A stretch of 64,000 bases of DNA from NCBI GenBank assembly GCA_002633005.1, contig NMRA01000616.1, forward strand, positions 1 to 64,000. The letters are read 5' to 3'. This document shows positions 39,101 through 51,100 of the stretch, one piece after another. The notes under the pieces were generated by a model. It saw only the letters and a list, made by a program, of their open reading frames with translations, did no database searches and had not been told where the DNA came from. This stretch comes from Phoronis australis. Taxonomy: Eukaryota; Animalia; Phoronida. The first letter of the stretch is position 1, and the number at the start of each line of letters is the position of its first letter. Position numbers and translations under genes: made by a program.

Positions 39101-42100
39101 AACGATGCAAGCGCATACATCAGCAAAATAAGCAACCCACCAAAAGAGTTATGTTTTTCTAGGAGTAATGAAAACATATTTGACGTTTATACAAACTCGA
39201 AAAAACACGGTGGCTGACAAAAAAGAATGCAGGGGCCTTCGGAGCGCGAGTTTAACTGTCAGTGTCACCTTTTGATAACACGTGAAACTTGTCTCGACAC
39301 AAGCAACATTCACATTCGAATGCAATGAGTTGGATACTACGAACTCAAGCTCATACATGTATGCTCAAGAAGAGCATGCAAATTTAACAACGGTCAAAAG
39401 GTATTGGCACATGTTCACAAACCGACACCGGGGCACATTACGTAGAGCCAAGACACTAGCCAGTAAAACTGGTGTCATCATGAGCTACGCTTGCAGTGCA
39501 TGGCGATGTCCCGCTTTACTGGCAATTAAGACACTTGCTCTACGGAACGTGGCCCAGTTCTAGGCTAATCTAGTATAGCAATAGTTACCAATTCACCTGA
39601 CCAATCGCCATGCGTAGTAAGATGAATGGTGAAATGAGAGTCTTTAACCTGTAGATTAGAATAGCAAGTGAAATGATGTAAGATAGAGAGCCATGCTAAA
39701 TACCAAGACATTTCCCAGGCGTAAAATAATTAAACAGTCTGTGGCAAAGGTTGGCTACCTACTTTTAAACAGGTAAATATTTATTCAACACCTTACTAGA
39801 CAGTGTTGCATAAACTATTAATAATCCCCAAGTAAAAAATACTTGTATTCTATGTTGCTATGGAAACCAATGGACACTATCAAGGTACACAGAATTAAAC
39901 ACTTACGTCGGAAATGGTGAAAGGATGCCATTCTAAAGATGATATACTGGGACAGTTGATCAAAACGAACTGAAAGGTAATAAATTGAGAAAAATGTTCA
40001 TCTAGATGAATTAATTATTAACAGAGCTCGCATCATGTTTCGCCTCTGCGGTCAAACCACATCTTCGTTAACAGAGACCGTTAAAGAATCTATTTTTATA
40101 GAAACAATGCTGATTTCAAAGTTTTCATAGTGATCACAAGGAGTGACGTGCTTTAAATGGCTATTTGTAATTTTTACAGAAAATAGCTGCTTTTACGAAC
40201 ATATAACCTTATTTAGTTAACAAAAAATAAACTAAAAACGACAAACCTGCCCGGGTCGTGACTTGAAATGCTTTCTAAACATCTTTATTTCAAGGATATC
40301 ACAGTGATGCTTGTAAACACTGACAATGCTGATAGGTGACGCTCTTTTCCAAACTCTGTAAGCAGAATCTACCAAATACACCACGAGAGGTCCGCACACC
40401 CACATCCAAGACTGCAACAAATGGGCAACCCTTAGACATTGATCTTCTTTAGAGCTGGAGTTAGAATAGCCTGGCAGCAGCTAATAGCACACGTTCAATT
40501 GGTCGACAACACGTCAGTGCAACTTTGACGTACACTATAAAACTGTAACTGATGTGTTTTGCTACCAGACAGAACTGTATTTTGTCCTCACTTATTGTTA
40601 AAGTACATGTAGATTTAAATAACTAAGATAATCAAGAAAATTAAGTTTTTATACCTAGTCACTGTTTATCGTTTGCAATGTAATTTCACTAAACATATTG
40701 AGTAATGACAACACATTGCCGAGTACGAAAGAGATGGGTTACTCGATGAGAATGCAAACATGCCACTTTTGAAAATATGGCACTAGTTAGAGTTTTAGTC
40801 CATGACATCCTTTTTATACGAAAAAAATACAAACTGCTCAGAGTATGCTAATGAACGCTGTATCTGGACAGTATAGATCAGCAGCATGTTAAGTTACGCA
40901 TAAATCGCAACGGTAAATGACAGGTAGGACTACATAGTCTAGATCATATGATAGTATTGAAAACAAATATATTCCTCACACTTGCTGTAACTGCATAGAA
41001 AGCATATTCAAGTACAGTTCTTATTTTGCGGCAATGATTAAGTTCAGAATTTGAGACTGGGTGAACCCTTTTCCATAATTCTTGGCGACTTCGTATGGAA
41101 GAAGAGGTGAAAGCAAAAGCATTATCGCGGGCGATTTTATTGACATGGAGCTCATGGCCTGTGATCATCATTCGCCAGGCTTTACTCAAGTTAGACTCTA
41201 AAATTGAAAAATCTACATGTCATAAAACTGGCAACGTCACTTGAAGAGTGACAAGCGATATCTGCCAGTTTTTTAGTAGAGCCTTGAACAGTATTTGGTA
41301 AGGCTGGACTAGGTGTTGAAATCGACATCGAATTCTGTGGTAGCATACTTCTTCATCTCTGATGAACAAAAGACCATCAGAGGCAAGTGTTCGTTGTTGG
41401 CTAATGAACGTCTGCTTACCTGTCTCACTGGAGTCCCGAACGACGGTTCCGTGTCACATCTCTGACTCAGTCCCTCGTAATACTCCGGCTCGGGCCATGG
41501 GTGTGACTCATTATTAAAATCACAGCCCGGCGTATGTGTCGCTATGTTCGTCTGCTGTTTCAGGATACCCCTGATGGAAAGTGTTTATTTCACTCAAAAT
41601 CTACTCCTTTCCAAAATGAAATTACTACTTAGTCTCAGATAACCAGCTAATGGATCATATGATGGATATCAAAACACTTAAATTAATAAAAATGTCAAGT
41701 AAAAGCAACATTCCAATATCATCTAATATTCCAATAAGTAAAGAACCTCTACAACGAATGGAAATTAATACTAAACGACACGATAAACAACTGGATGGTG
41801 TCCGCTATCAGTTCGCTTTAGATGGACCAGGTTACCAGCAGCTGAAGCCCAGTCGAGTTGGCTTCGGGAAAACGTATTTTGTCGACCAAGCAAGGATTTA
41901 TTTATTCACGTGAAGACCGAGTTATGAATAAAATAAGAATCTCACTCACCTCACAGCGTGGAATATAAGTAGACCGTAAAAAACAATAAATAGTCTGTGG
42001 ACGTACCAAAAGAGGTCATGGTTATGACGGCTGAAAAGTAAAGCAGGTACAATTAGTTGCTGTAAACAATGACAAGAGCAACGCAGAGCGTTGAAATGCG

Positions 42101-45100
42101 CCCACGAATGCACCGTAAACGGTGTGCTTAAAGGGTTGTTTATTTGTATCATGGGATCCACCTGAAAACGAGACCATGCCATCATTTCTTTAATAGAAAG
42201 CTAAATAGGAATAGTCTGAAAGTCGTCTTCTATTGTTAACTTGATATAAATACACTTACTAAATATAATAAAGATCCTGCAGAGGGTCTCAGTGAGATAC
42301 AACTATGAACACAAAACAGAACTGCCACTAGGAGGCGTCACAGCAGTCGAAGTCGTTATCGTCAACCGTAAGCCTACTCTTCACACTGAGAACTTATAAC
42401 CCAATTTTCAAAATCATCCTTAGAACGATTTGGTTGATAGAAACTCGAAAAAAGCAAAACTGCCCACTAGTTGGGGAAAAAATACCTCGAATCCATTCTA
42501 AAATGGGAGGATAGCGTCACCACACCAATAAGCCTTTATACCAAATTTTATGAAAATCCGTTGACGACCTTTGAAGATACAGAGGTAAACGTAAAATACT
42601 AAAATTGCCACTAGGGGGCACACCGGTAGCCAGATCCGTCCAAAAGTCGTCGTCATCCGTTGTCAACTTTATATAAAAATTAATACGCTTGCTAAATTTA
42701 GTTAACATCCTGCAGATGGTTTAGAAGATAAAGAAATGGGCGCAAAAAATTGCTACTAGGAGGCGCCACAGAAGTCGAAGTCATCGGAAAATCATCGTCA
42801 GCCGTAATCTTCCTAGTAAAAAGCGTACATGCAAAATTTCACAATCATCCTTAGAGCGGTTTGGTTGATAGAGGTGAGGACGCCAAAAACAGACTCGAAA
42901 ACAGCAAAAATGGCCACTAGGTGGTGCAAAATACCGCGAATCCATCCGAAAACTGGAGGATAGCGTCATCTTACCAAAAGATGCCTATATTCCAAGTTTT
43001 ATGAAAATCCGTGGAGGACCTTTGAAGATACAGAGGTAAACGTAAAAAAACTAAAATTGCCACTAGGGGGCACGCCGGTTGTCAGATCCGTCATATAAAT
43101 ACACTTGCTAAATTCTGTAAATATCCTGCAGAGGGTTTGGGAGATACAGCCGTGGGCGCAAAAAACAAAATTGCCACTAAGAGGCGCCACAGTAGTCAAA
43201 GCGTCGTCGGAAAATCATCGTCAGCCATCCTTTCATAGTAAGAACATACATGCCAAATTTCATAATCACCCTGATAGCGGTTTGTTTGATAGAGGGGCAA
43301 ACACCAAAAACAGACACGCCGGTAGTCGGATCCATCCGAAAGTTCACTCATGCCGTCCCATCCATAAAAGGAACACATGTGCAAATTTTATGAACATCCG
43401 TCAAAGGGTTTTGGAGATAAAGCAGCGGACGCCGGACGGACGCCGGACGGACGGGGATGACGGCATAATGCGTCCAAATATAATAAAAAGGAATCAGATA
43501 TTGTAGTAGAACTCAGTGCTGTAGTGGTGCGTAGGCGCACGTAGGCGCAGCCAACCACCTTTTAGCATTTGAACGACCTACGCACCGTAAGTTACGTTCA
43601 GTGCTCAAGGTGATACGGTGGGCCGGCGCCTACTTCCTCTAATTTTACCACTACAGCACTGGTAGAACTGGTAAGAGTAGAAGTGCACTTAGTAACAACG
43701 TTGTTGGCTGTCTCGCTCCGTAACTATAAGTGTACTCATTTACACTAGTAATAGCAACTGGCAATACCAAAGTGAGGACTGCCTTCATTAGACAAGTGAA
43801 CGGTTTATATACAAGTTACAAATGTGTAGGTTGCATGCACTAAACTTCATGATTCAAGTTTCTACAGGAAATAACAGTAAACAACTCTAGGAACTTCCAC
43901 AACAATCACAAGAACCACTATGTTATATTTGCCATATATGGTAATGGTCAGCTGTCTCGAGGCAATGATTATGTGAATGACCATTACATAATCTAGTTTA
44001 CAACAGAGTTCATCAAAACATGTGTGGATGCAACGGATGGGCCTCTGACTCAGCTGAAAGCCAAAGCAAGTTACTATAAACATAAACAAACTGCTAGTAA
44101 AGTAATAATATCAATAATACTATCAAACCAACATAATAAGCAATATATATCATGAACATATCATGGATTTCATGACATATATTTAGGCAAACCCAAAAGA
44201 TAACACAAACTTTTGAACACTAGCTTTAAACTTTTTTGATTTTCGACCATTTCTAGCCATAGTTAGTACAATTTGGAACAAAGCGCAGTTAACAGATGAA
44301 CAGCTCTTATCAGCACTTCAGGCACATTGTAGCATTTGTAATTACGTGTCTAAAGAATGATAAAACAGATATGATAAGCCAGTACACTAACCGTGCGCTA
44401 GACAATGAGGACGAGACTATGAGACATAACACCAACATCATGGCTACACCTGTCACACCTGGAACTGAAAGTGACGTCACATGAACGTTAGAAACGTGTG
44501 AAATTAACTTAATTTCAAAATAAGACAATGCTGATAGGATTCTAATTTCAGTGCAAAGTATTCATGTTTGAATACAACGTGGCAGGCGTCAAGGAAAGTA
44601 AAAATGTTTGGCGGGAGGGGGCAGACAACCCCGCGCCCATGCCTCGTTATTTCTCCCTCTAATTCCGGTCGCCATCATTTTGATCCACCCCTGTCAGCTA
44701 CAATTTGTTGGCTCAACCTAGCGTTTGTCCGATCCAGAAGATGCTAAATTCAAATGACTTTTGCAGCTCACGAATTTTAATCCGTGTCTTCTGAAACCGT
44801 CTGAACAAGTTTCGACACGCCTCCGTGGGACGCCCCTGTATTTGCATACATGTAGATGGAATGGTACCCTCACATTTTAACTGTACATTTAAGTCTGGGA
44901 TCCGATCCGTAGACGCACGAGTCGGACTCGCATGATCTTGTGACCACACAAAATCATGCGAACTAAAGGCGAGTATTTAGCGGCTTAGAAGCTTTTTAGC
45001 GCATCCTAGCAGATTTGCGGCCATTGAAGTGATTGATGGTTAGGTTGGAATGAGCGACGATTTCTGACAATGTTCAGTGACAGTACCTCGAGTCCATATT

Positions 45101-48100
45101 CTGGTACTCACAGTGAATGCACAATCAACTCCTATTTCTATCACATATGCCAGCGTCGGCAGTACACACTGAGAAAACAGTGGTTGAAATTGTTACCAAT
45201 AACATGGGTGGCACCTTCCAGAGACCATGGGCGGTGCAGAACTGAAAAAAGTGTGGGGGTTGTAGCCCCCCAGCCCCTTATATGGTGCGCCGCCCATGAA
45301 TAAAAGACAGTCGGAATTCTATTTCGGTGCAGTCATTTTTTCCAGGTCTTTCAAAACAAATATTCAGAAAGCGCTTACCTGAAAACACTACGATATAGAG
45401 CGGATTCTGAAATAGAAATATAAAGCATAGTGAAACTAATAAGACAAACTGAATTTAGGTTGAACATTCAGTTGCTTTAGAATAGGAAACGAAATGCTTG
45501 GTCATAAAGTAGCAACCTAAAACTTGCAAAGATTTCTTACCTGGTTTGGCGAGGTGGCAGCGTTGACGTCCAGGTAAATGGAATTGTAATTCATGCAAAA
45601 GTTTTTGGCATTAATAAGATGCCCGACAAAGTGGATTACTGTAAAAAAGACAAAAGGGTTTTGACAAAACTACGAAGAAAATATATAGTGCATTGGTGTG
45701 ATATAAATTAAACAAAAATTTAGTTGAGCGCTCGATGGGAAAGTCTTTGTTAATAAGTTAAATTCGGTTTTGGTGTATTGTGACGAAGTTTTAATCAAAA
45801 TGCAGGGAAAGTTTCCTAAACCACGCTTGGAAAATGACTAATGCGTAAATGTCAATCATCTACCAGCGAGTAGAATTTCAATGTGAGATTCATATACAGT
45901 ACGTTACGACGTGGGGATATTCTATTGGTACTTACACGAGAAGATGACGATAGCTATTGAGCACGTGATATGCATGGACTTGCAGTTGTCTATGAGCATA
46001 CGCAATGAGCGCCTCGAGATCTGCGAACAAGAAAGTTATCTATTTTTCATCTTGAAATCACCAGAAGGAATATACATGTATGCAGCGCCGTGAAGTTGAT
46101 TTCTACATAATAACTGCGCTGAAATTTTGAATAACAAGTTGGTACACAGGGTGAAGTGCGAAAAATTACTTTTTGGTTCTGAGACGCCGGGTGAATGAAA
46201 ATCATTGATGCATGTGGGTCCGATTAATCCTTTGAGTCGCCGTCGGACATTTCCGTTTTCAATAAACACGGATACCCAAAATTCAAAACCTTGACCGCAA
46301 ACATAATCCCAATTTAAGGTCTAGCCAATGAGCTATAACGAATAACGTATACAGAAAGCGAACCAGGGCCCCTTTTATCGTAAATCTAGGTCGAGATCAA
46401 CAGCTGTCTCGCGACGAAAAAATCTAGCCAAAATCACGTGCTTTTATTCAAAATGCAAGGCAATATCTCGTGGAATCTCGCAACATCTTACTTTTCTAGC
46501 GAGCTATTAGCGTTATTGAACTTTATCTCTGTCATATTTAAGGTGATCGTACCTTAAATTTTTATCAAAGAACAATTCGTTCACGAGGACTCTAAAGATG
46601 TTCGCGTCAGTAGCAAAGTTTTACTCTGCAAGCAGCGTAGTCTTCGCGAAAACGCGCCTATTGTCACCTTATCTACGACGAGACTTACAATCTTTATAAA
46701 AGGGGACCCGGATACTGCGATGATTTAAAAATACTTTAACAAAACAAGAGTGTGCCAACCTTTGAAAATAGTCCTCGTAACCAGGCCATGAGAGTCCGGC
46801 ACATAGGCAGCAGAATAAGACCGCAGTTGAGGTTTAGGCATGTTGCCGAGCCGCGTGCAACACACAGCCAACCCTGAAATTTATTAGAAACTGTTCTAGA
46901 TGCCCTAATACTCATAATAGAAGCCCATGCCTCCATTAACTTCATTCAAACCAGCGACATCTATTGCAAGCCAATTTCGACTAAACACACTTTCACGCAT
47001 TTCAAACCCCCTATTTTCTGTCAGAGGTTTGTATTTTGCCAACAGTAAAATTGCATAGTTCAATGTAATGTATCTATTAGCCAAGAAGGAGAAGTGGCGA
47101 TAGGACCCCCCGGAACCCCATCCCACACCCTATGTTCCTCGCATGCTAAGGATTCGTCGTTAAATACGCTTTAGATTTTCGTGAGCAGATCTCAGGTTGG
47201 TCCAGTGGAATCATGGAGTGGAAATCAAACTATTACTCTGGGCGCGCACACGGCAAAAATCATACCAAGTAGGCCTACTTCAAACCTTTCCACGGAATCT
47301 GAACTCCTCAACCACACAAGGGATCAAAAATGTCACGTACATGTAGTAACAGCGTCGCGATACTTCTTTCACCTACGCTAAAAATTACCTGCGAGCCTGA
47401 GTGCCTGAGGGGATGGACTTGGAGTTCAGATTTTACCGGTATGTGTGTGATAAAAAGATTCCGTTGGGTGTGATAAGAGAACACGGCCCGGCGTGGTATG
47501 GGGTGGTTCCCACACCCGGGTTGTAAGTTTGTAAATTAAAATTCATTTTAGTGAAACGACCATCGAACAAATTCACAGCACCACTACCACGAACATGTAT
47601 TTCGAATTCCGAACTATCCCAACCTTCTGACAACTGAATAGCATTGCCGATCAACGAACTAATTTCAGAAGCAGCAACACAATCAATGGTCCTCAAACTA
47701 GAATTGAGGGAAAACTCAAAGACTAGAATGGTCATTGGTATAAGGTATTTGCAAGCGTCGAAGGAAATGCTTTCGATTTCTCCTGTTGCATTAGCATTAT
47801 TCAAAAATGAGAAGATCCTTAAACTGAATTTTTATGGATAGTCGACTTTTTGATGGCATGATAAAATGTATGTTCATCAAAGTATGTCAGTTGATATTTA
47901 TTTTGAATGCAAAAGCACTGTATATCGGTTCACTGCTATCGTAATCACGCCAAAGTAAGCCGCGTGATAATACAACACCCCTTTTGAATTTCGCCAGTAT
48001 TATAACGACCAGAAAAAGGTCTAAATCGAAAGACTACTTGATTTTTCCAAAAGGCGGACTTATACACCTTTAATGTTTTGTGGGTAGGTAATGTACAACT

Positions 48101-51100
48101 TGATTAAAAACTATGTACGGAATTCTTAGAATTCGATGTTTGAAAAACGGCCGAGGACAAATTATCGATTTCGGAAGAATGATCTCAAGCGTTACTGCCA
48201 CTTGGAACAAATAGAAAACGTCCTTTAGAATATCAAAACAATATGCCCACGTACGCACTTACACGTGCCAAAGATTACACGCGACTGAACAGCAAAACCA
48301 GGTGTCCCAAAATTACAGAAAATGGTCTTCTTTCTTATAACCGTCCAGTGCCCAGCCCCAGGTACGTGCCTTTCCGATGCACTTTTGACTGCACATTCTG
48401 CGATATTGTACGGTCCTCGACGAGCGTGCTCGCTACTTGACACGTTGTACGAGCCCGATTTCTGTGTTGATTACGAATATAGGAAGCCACACTTGTGTTG
48501 ATCTAACAACACTTCTGTTTTATTTTACAATCGTTCCCCTTGAACAAGGCATTTCCTTCCAGCATTATTAACTACTTCCTTCCCAAAACACGCCCCCAGA
48601 TGTGACAGATAAGTGTACGTACGACTCACGAGAATCGAGGAATGCGTAAGTCCGATAGGCACATTGAACTACCTCATTGCAGAAGAGGCTTTGGAAATGT
48701 GAAGCGCATCGTATTCTATCCTCTCAAGATTTGAGCTCAGGGGGGAGGGGGGCTCGGGAGGCCCCATTTGGCGAAGTGGGCAAAAAGGTCCGCCCCTGAG
48801 AAACAAAAAGTCCGAGCGCAAACGCGCAATTCACAGTGGTGCTTCCGCTTTGTTTTTAGTCCGCCCGCTCTGTTGTTACCGTAAGGTCCACAACGTCAGG
48901 AATTCGAGCCCCCCATGTTGAAGGCTGGGTGCGCGCATGAAATCTATGATTTTGCTCAACACTTTTAACGCCTGTTAACACTGGCCCTGTCACAGACTGC
49001 TCAAATTCTCAGACACCATTCAGGAATTCTGCTGTGTGCTATTTCAATGCAATGCCGTATTTACGCATTGGGAGCCTGGGGCATTTTTGTCAAGAGTGTC
49101 CCCAGTTCTTAAAAACGTGAAGCATTGTAGTACACGCGCACTTTTAAAGTCAGACACATTGCAGTTTTTCCAGTCAAGTCCGAAAAAATTGACAGGCAAA
49201 TTTATTTAGAGTTTCAAATTAAGTAAGGAAAACAAAACTGTCAGTTCTTGCCTTTGTGCTGTTCATAAATGTCTGAAATGGGGACGGCTCTTTAATTAGG
49301 TGGACTCCGATGAAGATGACCCAATGATAGCGTCTGAGTTTTCGCTTTGTTTTTGCATTTTGTAACGATAATGTCCTTTCATATCAAGCAGACGACACCA
49401 ACTGCTGATTATTTATTGGTTCTGTCCTGAAATACACATTTTGAAGTGCATAATTTTTGAAGAGTGCCCTCACTCTTTCCTAGTTTTCTAAATTACAGTA
49501 ATCCCCGACTGTGACGTCAAGTGCAACTTTTTAAGTTTTTTTAAGTTGTTGAATATTTCATCTTGGGGGTCAGCTTTTTAAGGGGGGGGGGGGAGGGCAC
49601 GATGCTGCAATTAATTGCCCTTCCTTTCATGTGTTACACACCTTGTAGTGGAAAGGAGTCCCGCACGAAGAAAGTAACTGTCGCTATAGCCCTGCTTTTT
49701 GTAACCAAATATCCTCGCATTTTTAAAATTAAAGGGTAGAGAGAGGCCCCCTCTGGGTGGCGGGCCAGGGTATTTGTCCCGGTTGTACCTACTTTAATCT
49801 GGGACCGCCTGAATGTCCACTGACGGAGACTGAAATGCTCTTGCTGGAGATAAAATAGAGGAATTTAAATTAAACTGCGCTGAAAAATTGACTGCTTATT
49901 GCACTTACGCCGAGCATCTGATGCAAATAGAAGTAACTGGGGTCGTACTTGTAATACTGATACGTTCTCCAAAACAGAACAACGTTTACGCCTATCCACA
50001 GCACCTGGAAGTTAAAATAAGATAAATTGCAACAACATGGACAATAATTAGCTGATAAACTAAACGCATGTATTTCAGTTCTTGCACATGTCAAAGATAA
50101 AATAAACGAAATACCTTAACCAAATACACATAGTGTCTGTTGATGGTTGACGTCAGTTGTCTCTAAGATGTCGGTACCATAGTGGCGAATTTACAGGTTC
50201 GTGGACTGAGGTTTACCTACTCCTCACGCGACACGAGCAAACACCGACATTCCTTCTCAGGGTGACGTTGACCACTTGGACATTGTTTACGCACCCCTTG
50301 CCACATTCTAAATCTGCCTGTGTGTTTCATCACAAATGACAGAATAACAAGAGACAAGAGTAAAGAAGCAGATTTATGAACATTAGCTAGGAATAGCAAC
50401 AGAAAAGTCCGAGCAGTTTTTGTAACAGAGGTAATGTCGAGGGGATTTAAAACCACTGACCTCTTCAGAGTACAACGCGGCGTTAAATTAAACGGTTGAA
50501 AGACTAACATTGTCCAGTAAACAATGCGTGTCTCACAACTTTGCAGGCCGGCCGCAGGTAAACATGTGGACATGAATGTACGAACTCATTGATTGCATAT
50601 GTATCGAATATTTTTCTTCAAAAGAGGACGCCCCCCTAGGCTATCTAAGTGCATTGTCCCATTGACCAGGAATACGCCAACTTTTACAAAGAAGAGTGTT
50701 GAATTTTTACACATGTTCGCAATTGTCTTTTGTCCTCTTTAACTGCAGCACGCCTCTCATTAAGCGTAATTGTTTCAAGATGTGCCAACACATGACATGC
50801 AGTTATTAGTAGGACAATGTCTGAACCACGGCACAGTGGTTAAACAAAAATATGTCATTAATGAAAATGATAAATGATTAAAACATGTCGCTACTTCAGA
50901 TGTATGGTTCTTAGTCAAACCTGTTTTAATTGCAGTTACCATACGCAAAATAGCCATTGACAAAACTATTACAGGAATTAAAGAATATTGCCCTATGTTA
51001 TTCCAAATTAATCTCAATCACACAGGCCTACATCATTCTAAACCATAAATTTCGACCACAATGATCTGGATTACGAATAGTCGCATGAAACTTCTCAGTT

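Noticed and set aside
47433-47804. 123-aa ORF in NOX4 intron 2
   Set aside because: No recognisable motif, non-ATG start, and not needed for the NOX4 frame.
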